Shown here: positions 40,775 to 53,329 of the stretch, piece by piece
Position numbering within the stretch: the first letter of the stretch is position 1
Layout: each line of letters starts with the position of its first letter
NCBI GenBank assembly: GCA_963841435.1
Contig: CAWJCS010000005.1
Span: 800,001 to 864,000 of the forward strand
Origin: an uncultured delta proteobacterium
Lineage (GTDB): Bacteria; Myxococcota_A; Polyangia; Polyangiales; Polyangiaceae
Direction of reading: 5' to 3'
DNA length: 64,000 nucleotides
Notes under the pieces: model-generated
Databases searched by the model: none
Seen by the model: the letters and a program-made list of their open reading frames with translations, nothing else
What the model was told of the DNA's origin: nothing
Program-made: the position numbers and the translations under genes

Positions 40775-42163
40775 ATGGCGACCACCAAGGAGTGGCACGT
40801 TTTCCTCGGGCATGCGTCGGAGGATGTCGCGCTTGCTCGGGTGCTCGCCGGAGAGCTTCGGCAGCTGGGCTGGACCGTCTTCATTGCCGCGGACGACATT
40901 GCGCTGAAGGCTGGCGCTGTCGGCTGGAGCGCGGCCATCGACGCTGCGCTCGACCGCTCCAGGGTTCTCGTGACCATCGCGTCCCCGCGGTCGGCTGGAT
41001 CTCGATGGGTCGAATACGAGTGGCGGAGCTTTCACGAAGCGCTGCTCGGTGGACTCGAGATGGGAGTCATCGTTCCGTTCTGCGTCGGGGGTCGCGTGCG
41101 CGACCAGCTGGAACGCACGCTGCGTTACTATCAAGCCGTGGAAATGGCGGGCTACGAGCTCACTCGTCGAGCGCTCGGTGAGATCGACGGGCTCATTAGG
41201 ACGCACCTGGAAGAGCGGAACGTTCCGCGGCGCTGGTCGCTCTGGTACGCGACGGTCACCGAGCCGGATCTGTCCTTCCTGGACGCGGAACTGAGTCCCG
41301 ATGAAGTGGACCAAGTTGGGATCGACGCGTGGTGGCCGGAACCGCTCGAAAAATTCATGGAGGTTAACCGAGAGCGAGTGGAGCGCGGTGCCTGGAACGA
41401 CCTGTACAGGATTCAGACCACGGGGCAGATGGCATGGAAAACCAAGATGATTGAAGGAGTGCGGGCGCTCGCAAAGGTTCCACGGAACGCCTCCGAGCGG
41501 AAAAGTTTGAGAGAGTCGTTTCAAGCGTACCTTGCGGCGTACGCCGTCGGGCTTTTTCAGCATCTCAATGGCTTTCGCCCGACCGATTGGGCTCCGCCTG
41601 ATGGTGATCCCGGGCTCTCCGGTCAGCGGGTTCCACAGGGCAGATTGTTTCGTGGCGGGATGATCGGTCTTGCGCAGGTGAAGCGCTGGGAACCGATTGG
41701 GTGGGTCTCCGCTCGCCATGACGCGGGCGGTGACTACAACCGGATTCTGCTCCCCTTAGGGGCGGTCTTGAGGTCGTGCCAGCTGTCACCAGCCGGGAAG
41801 CAGGTATTTGACGACCAGGATTTCTTCCGGTTCATTGTCCCTCAACTGCTGGACCTTTTTTCGCACGATGCGACCGCGTCGGTCCGCGCCATCCTCGACA
41901 AGCGTCCGCTGGCGACGCTCGACGAGTTTCACACATGGGTCGTCGATTCACAGTCTTACGAGGAAGTGTCACACGGCAATCGAGACTGGCCGCGTATCGA
42001 GAGCGCGATCATCTCGGCCGTGCAGGGCCGGCCGAGAAAGGAGGGCTCGTCGGCTCGCGAAGAGGCACTTACCACCTACGCGAGCTACAGCGAGCTCGCG
42101 TATCTAAGCCCCGAGATAGCCAGGCTGGCAGGCTCCGCGCGAGATGCCGCAATGGGCCGCTGA
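40775..42163 (+). CDS. TIR-domain protein with uncharacterised C-terminal domain
   Basis: VFLGHASED, LRQLGWTVF, AIDAALDRSRVLV, SPRSAGSRWVEYEW (catalytic Glu position kept). Confidence 0.88.
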   Translation: MATTKEWHVFLGHASEDVALARVLAGELRQLGWTVFIAADDIALKAGAVGWSAAIDAALDRSRVLVTIASPRSAGSRWVEYEWRSFHEALLGGLEMGVIVPFCVGGRVRDQLERTLRYYQAVEMAGYELTRRALGEIDGLIRTHLEERNVPRRWSLWYATVTEPDLSFLDAELSPDEVDQVGIDAWWPEPLEKFMEVNRERVERGAWNDLYRIQTTGQMAWKTKMIEGVRALAKVPRNASERKSLRESFQAYLAAYAVGLFQHLNGFRPTDWAPPDGDPGLSGQRVPQGRLFRGGMIGLAQVKRWEPIGWVSARHDAGGDYNRILLPLGAVLRSCQLSPAGKQVFDDQDFFRFIVPQLLDLFSHDATASVRAILDKRPLATLDEFHTWVVDSQSYEEVSHGNRDWPRIESAIISAVQGRPRKEGSSAREEALTTYASYSELAYLSPEIARLAGSARDAAMGR

Positions 42164-42175
42164 ACCACGGCGCCG

Positions 42176-42931
42176 ATGACCCTTGCCCCCGAAGCCAGCC
42201 GCGCCGCTGCGCGCGACGCTCACTGCTGGTTCTCCACCGACCACGTATCGGGCGACCCAGCGTGCACCGAATGGAAACGCCGAGCCCGGCTCCGCCAGGC
42301 CACGTGGCGCTCCGCTCGCGGCTTCCCAATCGGCTCCGAACCCTATTCCGGCGGCGATGCCTCGACTCCCGTCGCAGCCGCTTGGCGCTGGCGTTCGCGC
42401 AGACGAGCGGCGCGAACTTCCTCACGCCCGCCGCTCTTCGAGCCGTTCGAGCGCGGGTCGCGAGTCCGGAGCGTCACCAAATGCTCAATCACGAGCGTCT
42501 CTGGGCAGATCTACTCTCGTCAATGCCGCTCTGCTTCAATCTCTTTGGCGATCTCGCGGAGGAACCTGAGAAAGTCGCACGTGCCGTAAGCACTTGGTGG
42601 CCCGACGCGCCCGCGGGGCCTGTGACCCTTCGCTTCGAGCACTCGCCGGGGCGAAGCGAGCCTCTCTACCTCGGCAACAAGAGCGCCTTCGACGCGGCGT
42701 TCGACATCGGCGGCGAAGTGGGCCCGCGCGCGGTCGTCGGCGTCGAAACCAAGTACCACGAGCATGCGAAGGCCGAGAGCGTCCCCCAGCCGGACGCGCT
42801 CGCCCGCTACACCGAGGTCACCGAGCGCTCCGGTGTCTTCGTGGATGACTGGCGACCCCGGCTGATTGGCACGGACCTGCAGCAGATTCTGGCTCGACCA
42901 CCTGCTGGCACTTTCCATGCTCCAGCACCCC
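42176..42931 (+). pseudogene. putative PD-(D/E)XK nuclease (PGN_0703-like), frameshifted and 3'-truncated by IS91 sequence
   Basis: LLSSMPLCFNLFG, RFEHSPGR, SAFDAAF, GVETKYHE, QQIWLDHLLA. Confidence 0.65.
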
Positions 42932-43179
42932 GAGCCGCCGACTCGCGGGGCCGACACCGGCCCTCTCGCCGATGAGCCGGTCGCCGAGGTGCGCGGCATT
43001 AACGTGCACGCCAAGCAGGCCGTCGACGGCCGCGATCGCCGACAGCTCGAGCGGCTGTGCCGTTACATCACGCGGCCTCCGGTCTCTCAGGAGCGCCTCG
43101 AGCGGCTCGCCGACGGCCGGCTCGAGCTCCGCCTCAAGCACGCTTGGAAGGACGGCACGCGTGCTCTCGTCCTCGAGCC

Positions 43180-43270
43180 GAAGTGGACAGAGTCCAGCTC
43201 GCTGGACGGAGTCCACGGAGGACCACGGTCCCGAGCAACGCGAGGGAGCGCGCGAAGCGCGCAGTGAGCC
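43180..43270. mobile_element. 91-nt hairpin-rich insertion with GAGCC direct repeat
   Basis: GAGCC at 43175-79 and 43266-70; excising 91 nt restores ...VLEPDDLMVRL... in frame. Confidence 0.8.
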
Positions 43271-43680
43271 CGACGACCTGATGGTCCGGCTCGTCGCCGC
43301 GGTGCCTCCGCCGTATTTTCATCTGCTTCGCTATTTGGGCGTCCTCTCGAGCCACTCGCGCTTGCGCAAAGAGGTCGTCCCGCGCCCGCTGCCCGATCCG
43401 AGCGCTACCGCGCCGCCGCCTGCTCCCGGTGATCAGCTCAGGCTCGAGTTCGAGCTGGAGAGCGAAGAACCCCCGACCGGGCGCAAGCGCTGGGCTTGGC
43501 TGCTCAGGCACGTCTTTGCGGCCGACTTGGATACTTGCCCCCGCTGCTCGGGACCGATGCGCTGGTTGCAGGCCGCGACCACCCCGGAAGATGCACGCCA
43601 CCTGCTCGCGCGGCTCGGGCTCGCTGCTCGGGCTCGCGCCTCGCCCACCGCCGACTCCGCCCCCGCCTCCGCTCGGGCAG

Positions 43681-43732
43681 CTCGAGCTGCCACTCGCTCG
43701 GTGAGCCTCGAGCTGCCACTCGCTCGGTGAGC
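43681..43732 (+). repeat. 26-bp tandem duplication
   Basis: CTCGAGCTGCCACTCGCTCGGTGAGC x2 spanning the transposase stop. Confidence 0.9.
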
Positions 43733-43946
43733 CCATGGGCACACTGAAAAGGCGACCGTGCGCCTTGCCGCCAGCCGCAGCGTCGGATCGGCGGGGTTCA
43801 TCACCGATCGGCGCGACCTCGTGGCTCCCGCACCCCTCCGGTTGAGCACCTCCCATCACCGCCCGCCCTCCAGGGCGTTCGGTCACCCAACCCCGCCCGC
43901 CATTTCTCAGTTCGATTTCCCTCGGCGCCGACCGTCGCACAGGCCG

Positions 43947-44819
43947 TCAATCGCAGTAGTGCCGTTCCTCTCGGGGTCCTGCGTAGGTAGTTGTCGGTAC
44001 GGGGGTGCAGCCCGCGCAGCTGGTCGAGTCGCACATGCCGCCGTAGAGGCAGCGCGCTTGCGAAGGGTCGTAGATGGGGGCGCCGGCGTGTCCCGCAACG
44101 GCGAGCTCGGATTCACAGCGCCCGCCGCAATCGGCCGTGCACTCGCTGTCGAACCGGCAGGCCGTGGAGCAGACCGGCAGGCCGCGCAAGTCTCGAATAC
44201 AACGCTCCCCGTCGGGGCAGTCTGCGTCGCCGGAGCAGAGATCGTTGGCGCACACGTTCTGGTCGGTGTGTGGGCTGATTTCACCGGCCAGGGGCGTCAA
44301 CCGCACGTGCACGCACAGCACGTTGCCTGCGCCCCCTTCGCCGGCCCCGCCACAGGTCAGGTCACCGCAGCCGCAGTAGTTGACGTCTTGCGCACAGGTC
44401 GTCGCCTCCTCGGGCAGGCCGCTGGGGCAGCGCGTCGAGTCACACCCGTCAGGCCCTGGTGGCATGCAAGCCTCACCGGCCATGCCCGCACCAGCCGTCG
44501 CTCCGCCCGCATCCCCCGCATTGCCCGAGCCTCCGCTGGCTCCGCCGAGACCTGCGCCGGCCGCTTCCGAGCCGCCCAGACCCGAGCTCGATGCCCCCGT
44601 GCTTGCGCCGCCTGTGCTCATCGGGTCGGAGCCACCTTTGCCCGAGCTAGCGGACGCCCTGGCGCCCCCAACGCCTCCCTTGCCGGAAGCTCCGGCCCCG
44701 ACCTCCGCGAGAGGCGAATCCCTCGAGCAGGCGGTCGCGAAGAGCGCCGACGCGAGGAGCGCGCGTCCGGCGAGCGATCGCCAGTGCCCGGCGAGCGAAT
44801 GAATCCGCGCCACCACCAC
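43947..44819 (-). CDS. Gly-rich-linker, Cys-rich lipoprotein
   Basis: ATAC lipobox, G/A/S linker, CSGDADCPDGERC-type repeats. Confidence 0.7.
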   Translation of the reverse strand: MVVARIHSLAGHWRSLAGRALLASALFATACSRDSPLAEVGAGASGKGGVGGARASASSGKGGSDPMSTGGASTGASSSGLGGSEAAGAGLGGASGGSGNAGDAGGATAGAGMAGEACMPPGPDGCDSTRCPSGLPEEATTCAQDVNYCGCGDLTCGGAGEGGAGNVLCVHVRLTPLAGEISPHTDQNVCANDLCSGDADCPDGERCIRDLRGLPVCSTACRFDSECTADCGGRCESELAVAGHAGAPIYDPSQARCLYGGMCDSTSCAGCTPVPTTTYAGPREERHYCD

Positions 44820-45377
44820 GCAGGCTAGCGCACCCCGGAAGGGGCGGCCACGCGGTTCGACGGCCTTCGTTGCTCCGATATCGGCAACGAAGGCTGGAGG
44901 TCCGATCCGGCTCGCGGCAAATTCCCAGTTCGATTTCGATGCGCACGGAGACTTCTTCCCGCGCTCGTCGCCCCTGCGGCGAGCGCCGTGATGATAAAGA
45001 CTCGAAGCGGGTGTTGACGAGGGCTTCGAGCTGGGCGTAAACGTCCTGGTGGCGCGCCGGAACGGCGTCGCAAGCGTGGAGGTCGTCTTGCCAGGATTGG
45101 TGCCAGGATCGCGCCCCTGCCTGGTGCCAGGGCAGCCGGGACTGCGTGGGCTCTGCCCGGCCCCATGCCGACGCCCGGAGAGCTCCCTGCTCACGGTCGG
45201 CTGCGCGGGTGGCGCGACCTCGCCGCCGTCAAGTAGGCTCGGCGGGACGCTCAGGTACTATCATCGCGAGGCAGGGTGATTGCCCGGCGATCCGCTCTTG
45301 GCACACTACGAGAGCGGCGGAGCGCAGGAGCTTTGGCCGAGTCGCGTTTCAGTCCCCTCGAGTCAGGCAGGTCACCG

Positions 45378-47343
45378 TCAGAACCCACCGTGATGCGGAG
45401 CGATGTTGCGGCTGCTGTAGCTATTGCCCGCGGCGTCCGTTCCAACAAGGTAGTCGCCGACCCTTCGGTGAAAAGGCAAGCGAATGATCTCCTGCCTCCC
45501 CGTTGACGCGATGTCGAAATGAAGCCCGCACAGTACCGTAACGTCGGCGTTCGTGATGATGTGCCAGGACCCCTCGATGTGTTCGCTGGAAGTCGCGGTA
45601 CCGGCGGTGTTCGACGTGCCTCGCTGTCCCTCGAACGGACTGAATTTCGCGGGCATGAGTTACCAACCGCAGCCATCTGCGCAAGCCGTTGGGCGATACT
45701 ACGGTCACTTCCCAGGTCCCGTGCCACTCGACGGTCGAGGTGGGTACGCCGACGCCGGGCGGAACCTGCACGGCCTCGAACCGAGGTAGCTCTGAGACCG
45801 CCCCGGCGGTCATGCGGCCACGCTCCTCCTTCGCCTGCGGGCCGCCGGAGGTCAGAGAGCGCGTTAGCTCGTCCAGCAGAACCTCGGTCTCCTGCTCATG
45901 GGCGGCTTCGCGCCGCATGATTTGAACCAGGTTGACCTCTAAGCGTCCGAGATCAGCGTCCCACTGCTCTATCCGCAGTGGCCAAGCGTGAATGCTTGCC
46001 AGGGCGTCGAGCGGTCGCGGCAGATCCGCTGCGCGAAGCATGGACGCGCCCTCAACGAGGATCGGCACAATCGGAACGTGTCGGGACTGGGCTCGGGCCA
46101 GCTCGCGACGCACGAAGTCGTTGACTTCGTGCAGCCTGCGCAGCCCTTCGGGACTGCCGAAGCTCGGATCGATCATCCAAAGGAACAAGTGCGCGCCATC
46201 GATCTCCTCACGCAGGCGATCGGTGAACCGCTCTCCGGCCACCATCGCTGTCTGGTCCCGGAAAACGTGCGTCCTGGGGAAGTGCACCAGCAACGAACCC
46301 TCCAGTCGCTCCGCCGACTTGCTGGCCCCGGCGCGCCTGTACGAGAGAAAGATCCGCTTGCCGTCCAGCGTATTGCTCGCTTCCGCAAGCTCCTGCGGGG
46401 GCGGGAGCCATTCGCGCGCAACGGGGTCCACGTCCTTGATCCAATGCTCGCCGGACAGCGCGCCCGGCGACACGTTGACGTTCGCCCCCACGCTCGATAA
46501 CGCTACGGTCGCGATCCTCAACAGGGGCAGGAATGCGCCGAGAGCAGCGACGCTGTTGGGATTCATGTCCGGTTGAGCATACCGCTCGTAGTGCCGATGG
46601 ACTTCCAGGGCGCTCGGATGTAAGCCCGCTTTACACAACTCGGTCACCAAGTGACTGGCGTAAGTCGGTTCTCCTGGATCCAAGAACACGGCATACAGAA
46701 ACTCGCACAGCCCCTGGCGAGGGTTCCCCTGGGCGACGTGGATCGCTCCGAGGACGTCGCGGAAATACGCGTCCTTCGGGTTCATGGATTTCAGGTGCAT
46801 GAACCCTTGCAACGCTTCGGGCAGATTGCCGGCCGCATACGAACGGTAGTGGACCTCCGCCCGTTGGTACGCCTCTTCGAGGGTGAGCTCTTCCACAACA
46901 GCGCGCGTCTCGCCGTCCACCAAGAGTGCAGCGGTCTCCGCTTCGAGAGCGCTGAAGAAATCCCCTAGCAGCTTGGCACCAAGGTTCTGGAGCTGGAGCA
47001 CGTTCTTCACGACCGCGGGCCGCTCGTGCTGTAAGATGACGCGCTCGTCCGTGATCACACCGTTCGCGAGCACTGGCGGCAGATCTTCACGAAACGACGC
47101 GCTGATGCTCTCCAGTAGTGCGTAGTCCAGAGCACTAGCAAAGGTGCCACGGCTCGCGTCGGAGACCGAAACGATGGTTCGCACCAGCTCGAGGGTCAGG
47201 CCCACGTCTCGGGCCGCGGCCGTCTCGGCATATGACGCAAGGTACTGCTCGCACGCACGCCACGCGTTCATGGGGTCCCGCAGGAAGGCGCCCGACCGTT
47301 CGAGCAAGATGGCCGGATCGACCGGCGGAGCTTCGTTCATCAT
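45378..47343 (-). CDS. TPR + TIR domain protein; frameshift near 45660
   Basis: TPR-like helices (GNLPEAL...NPKDA...LGAIHVAQGNP), RIFLSYRR, VFRD, DFVRRELARA, PIVPILV; C-terminus continues in ORF 45378-45656. Confidence 0.85.
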
Positions 47344-47560
47344 GGCCGATGTCCGATCCCCCTTTTGAGCTAGTACTTTTGGGGGCTCCTTGTACACCCG
47401 AATCAGGATCAGGGCGGCCGCCCTCGCGGTGCCACTCGGGAGCCGCCGAGGACCAGCAGTAGTCTCCAACCTGGTCGCCTCAGGTCCGACCAACTTGTAC
47501 TTCGAGCGACCTTCGGAAGCCAGCGGCCCGAGGAGCGCTCGGTGCTATGAACTCGTGGTG

Positions 47561-48184
47561 ATGCAGGGTTCAGCGATTGCTCAACCTACACTGACCGGAC
47601 ACGAAGTTGTACTACGACCTCTTGTTGCGCAGGATGTCGAGGCGCTCACGGTTGCTGCGGCAGAGGACCGGAAGAACTACCGCTTCAATCCGGTTCCCAA
47701 TGGTCGCGTCGAAGCGGAAGCCTACATCGCGAAAGCCTTGCGCCAACAATCGGAGGGCGAGCGCATGCCTTTTGCGATTCTGTGGAAGGAACGGGTCGTC
47801 GGCACCACCAGCTACTCCGAGATTCGCCCCTGGCAGTGGTCCGAGGGCTCCGCATTGCAGCGCCACGGACGTCCGGATGTCGTCGAGATCGGCTACACCT
47901 GGCTCGCCGCCAGCGCGCAACGCACTCGCTGCAATACCGAAACGAAGTACCTGCTCCTGCGCCATGCCTTCGAAGGCTGGGACGTGCACCGCGTGGCGTT
48001 CAGAACCGACGTGCGCAACGAGATGTCGCGCGCGGCCATCGAGCGCCTGGGAGCGAAGCTCGAAGGGATCCGCCGGGCCGACAAGCCCGGGTGCGACGGC
48101 AAGGTTCGAGACTCGATCTTCTTCTCGATCGTCAGGCACGAATGGCCCGCGGTCGGAGCGGCGCTCGAACGTCGCCTGGCATAG
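47561..48184 (+). CDS. GNAT family N-acetyltransferase (RimJ/RimL-like)
   Basis: VEIGYTWL, QRTRCNTETKYLLLRHAFE, TDVRNEMSRAAIERLGA. Confidence 0.92.
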   Translation: MQGSAIAQPTLTGHEVVLRPLVAQDVEALTVAAAEDRKNYRFNPVPNGRVEAEAYIAKALRQQSEGERMPFAILWKERVVGTTSYSEIRPWQWSEGSALQRHGRPDVVEIGYTWLAASAQRTRCNTETKYLLLRHAFEGWDVHRVAFRTDVRNEMSRAAIERLGAKLEGIRRADKPGCDGKVRDSIFFSIVRHEWPAVGAALERRLA

Positions 48185-48362
48185 CGTCGCCCCCGCGCGC
48201 GTGCCGTCGCGCTCCGCCGCTTGGATCTCGATACGGCAGCCCTGCTCAACCCCTCGTGCGTATGTGAAGACGTTCGATGAAGTTCGTGTCGCCGCAAACC
48301 CTCGGGTTCCAGACGATCGCTGCGCGCACGGCCTCCTCGAGTCGCATGAGTCGTAGGGACCG

Positions 48363-48581
48363 CTATCGCGCAACCTCGTACCAACTGAACAGAACAGTGG
48401 CGAGCACGACGAGAGCAACGGCTGTGACGACCCCGCGGTACAGGCGCCCCATCTGCTCCTGCCGGGCAACTGCTCGCTCCTGAAGCGCGAGGCTGCGCTC
48501 ACTGACGCGCTTGTACTCGGCAAGGTGCTCGCGCTGCAGATCGCGGATCTGCTCGAGTAGAGCGCGGGCTTCCTCTTCCAT
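48363..48581 (-). CDS. small hypothetical membrane protein
   Basis: coiled coil plus C-terminal TM; lies downstream of the attC site. Confidence 0.6.
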   Translation of the reverse strand: MEEEARALLEQIRDLQREHLAEYKRVSERSLALQERAVARQEQMGRLYRGVVTAVALVVLATVLFSWYEVAR

Positions 48582-48685
48582 TGGTTTACCTGTGCAGCGT
48601 ATCACGGGTTGCGAATAGCTCGCAGCACGGCCCCGCGCCGGGACTCGATACGGATATTGGCCGCGCGCTCGTCACCGCCGGGTCC

Positions 48686-48760
48686 GCCCAACGTATCACG
48701 GCCTCAGCGGCGGGCGCCGAGCGAAGCGAGGTGCTCGTCCGGTGCAAGCCGAAGTTGGGC
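48686..48760 (-). mobile_element. integron attC site
   Basis: minus strand GCCCAAC-ttcggcttgcaccggac...ccgccgctgaggccgtgatac-GTTGGGC: RYYYAAC/GTTRRRY cores, complementary L boxes, 75 bp, ~50 nt after the stop of 48813-49367. Confidence 0.8.
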
Positions 48761-48812
48761 GGCGTCTCGCCGTGCGCGTTGCGAGCGTCAGTATGCGGCC
48801 CGGGCGAGCGAT

Positions 48813-49367
48813 TCAATCCGGCGAGAACTCCTTCTTGACGACGGTGCCCGAGCTGTAGCAGACGGTGCCCCAATCGGCGTTCCAGAGACCGATGGTGGAG
48901 TGTCGGTAGACCTCGCATTGCTGTGGAGCGAGCTGCGACGCGGCAGGGGCGTTGGGGTAGGTGCTGAGCCCTGCGTTGATGGTAGTCACGTTGCGGAAGT
49001 TCGCGATGCCTGTCCCTTGGATGTACCCTCGCATGATCGCGCCAACTTCTTGTCGGGACATCCCGATGCGCACTTGTTCGAAGCTACGCAGAAAACGATC
49101 GCGCGAGTTCCACGGAGATCCGAGGCCGATCAGCATGAGCCCGACCAAAGTGATGGCGCCAAGGACGGCAACTCTAGTCGGCAATGTCGCCAGTTGGCCG
49201 AGACTGACGAGCAGCGCGAGTATGCTGAACGCGAACGCGAGGTAGTACCAGCGCACGATCAGAGCCCCAGCCGCCGTCAATAGAAGTCGAAGTACAATCG
49301 CAAAAGCAGCGATGGCGACGAATCGGAAGGCGATCCGCACCGATGTTTCAGTCGCAGATGCTGGCAA
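48813..49367 (-). CDS. hypothetical membrane protein (cassette-like)
   Basis: three TM segments, then FEQVRIGMSRQEV (BamE/SmpA-like start). Confidence 0.6.
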   Translation of the reverse strand: MPASATETSVRIAFRFVAIAAFAIVLRLLLTAAGALIVRWYYLAFAFSILALLVSLGQLATLPTRVAVLGAITLVGLMLIGLGSPWNSRDRFLRSFEQVRIGMSRQEVGAIMRGYIQGTGIANFRNVTTINAGLSTYPNAPAASQLAPQQCEVYRHSTIGLWNADWGTVCYSSGTVVKKEFSPD

Positions 49368-49395
49368 GGGAGCCCCGCCGCACTCGACGATGAAG

Positions 49396-49653
49396 CTCTC
49401 CGCCGCGTGTTCGCGGCGGCCCCATTGAAGCGAGGTTGGTCATCGGCTCGTCTCCGAGTCGCTACGCGCCTCTCCGCCGCGTGTTCGCGGCGGCCCCATT
49501 GAAGCGGCGCTCGGGTCGCGGAACGCCTCGAGGAAGAGGGCGCTCTCCGCCGCGTGTTCGCGGCGGCCCCATTGAAGCCCAGGACGTGGCGCGCGTAGTG
49601 GGAGCCAAGAAATCCGGCTCTCCGCCGCGTGTTCGCGGCGGCCCCATTGAAGC
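49396..49653 (+). CRISPR. orphan CRISPR array, 4 identical 36-bp repeats and 3 spacers (38, 37, 39 bp)
   Basis: CTCTCCGCCGCGTGTTCGCGGCGGCCCCATTGAAGC at 49396, 49470, 49543 and 49618; internal CCGCCGCG/CGCGGCGG stem; ATTGAAGC end as in type I-G(I-U)-like repeats. Confidence 0.95.
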
Positions 49654-49681
49654 GCGGGAACTCGGACACGTGCGTGACCGC

Positions 49682-50251
49682 GATCGACGCGTGCTCCAGG
49701 AGCTCACCAGCCTCCGCTTCGTCGAAGCTCAGCGCAACGTTGTCGTGCTCGGCCCAGTCGGCGTCGGCAAGACCTTCCTCGCCAACGCACTCGGACTCGT
49801 CGCCTGTCGCTCTGCCTTCAACGTGCTCATGCACCGTGTCGACGCGCTGCTGCGCCTGTTGAAACAGAGTCGCCTTGACAACTCTCGTGATGCGCTCATG
49901 ACCGAGCTCTGCACCATCGACTTGCTGATCATCGACGACTTCGCCCTCGAGCCGATGACCCGAGACGAGAGCCGCGACATCTACCAGCTCTTCGTCGAGC
50001 GCACTGGACGCGCGGCAACGATCATCACTAGCAATCGCGACACCGCCGACTGGCTCGCTGTCTTCGACGACGCGCTGCTCGGCCAGGGCGCCGTCGACCG
50101 CTTCAAGAACAACGCCTACGACTTCGTCATCGACGGCGAGTCGTATCGCCCACGCCTCAAGCCCAGCATCGACAAAGACGGGCCTCCGCCTGCGGCTCCG
50201 GTGACCAAGCCTACCCCTCTGCTCCGGCGCCGAAAGCGCCCCCGCGCCTGA
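49682..50251 (+). pseudogene. istB: IS21 family helper ATPase IstB, 5'-truncated
   Basis: LRFVEAQRNVVVLGPVGVGKTFLANALG, LLIIDDF, TIITSNR, AVDRF, IDGESYR. Confidence 0.88.
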
Positions 50252-50309
50252 CACCTCTCGACGCGGCGCCCCGCGCGTGCGATCAAATCCTCGGTCGTTG
50301 AGTTCCCCC

Positions 50310-50362
50310 ACCCGGCTCCATCATCCTGACCATTGGTGGCTCCATGAGGGTGGCGAGTGGCA
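50310..50362 (+). mobile_element. probable IS21 right end
   Basis: GGCTCCAT repeated twice, then terminal ...GAGTGGCA downstream of istB. Confidence 0.55.
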
Positions 50363-50605
50363 TTCCGCGCTGGCGCAGCGTCGCATCCGCCTCGCGCCGC
50401 CCCAAGCCTCGTGCCGTCCCTCACCACCATGCTTGCAGTTCGTTTCGCCTTGGCGCTCCCCCAGTTGGGCGCCAGGAGTCCCTAGAAGACGACTGCAAAC
50501 GGCGCGCCTGGTTTTCCGCGTAAGCAGAACAGCCCGGCGAGCGGTTTCGTCGGATCGCATCGCCGCTGCTCCTCGCATCGAGGCCCGGGTCGTCCACCTG
50601 TAGGG

Positions 50606-53316
<2,711 letters not shown>

Positions 53317-53329
53317 TCAGTCCGGTCGG

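Larger units (their letters stand above)
42932..43928 (+). mobile_element. IS91/ISCR family transposase, C-terminal part plus oriIS-like end
   Basis: GINVHA, DRRQLERLCRYITRPP, LKHAWKDGT, VPPPYFHLLRYLGVL, WAWLLRHVF...CPRCSG; downstream CAGTTCGATTTCCCT. Confidence 0.88.

Noticed and set aside
48243-48320. possible further attC downstream of the small membrane gene
   Set aside because: GTTGAGC is present on the minus strand, but there is no RYYYAAC partner or convincing stem.
49432-49617. self-targeting by CRISPR spacers
   Set aside because: No match to the three spacers was noticed elsewhere in the window by eye. A proper search is still needed.
49436-50251. 271-aa ORF suggesting an IstB with a novel N-terminal extension
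   Set aside because: The extension is just translated CRISPR repeats and spacers, read in different frames. It is not a real domain.
49396-50362. CRISPR-associated transposon (CAST)
   Set aside because: No cas genes, no istA or tnsB, no tniQ, and istB is truncated. Adjacency alone is not enough.
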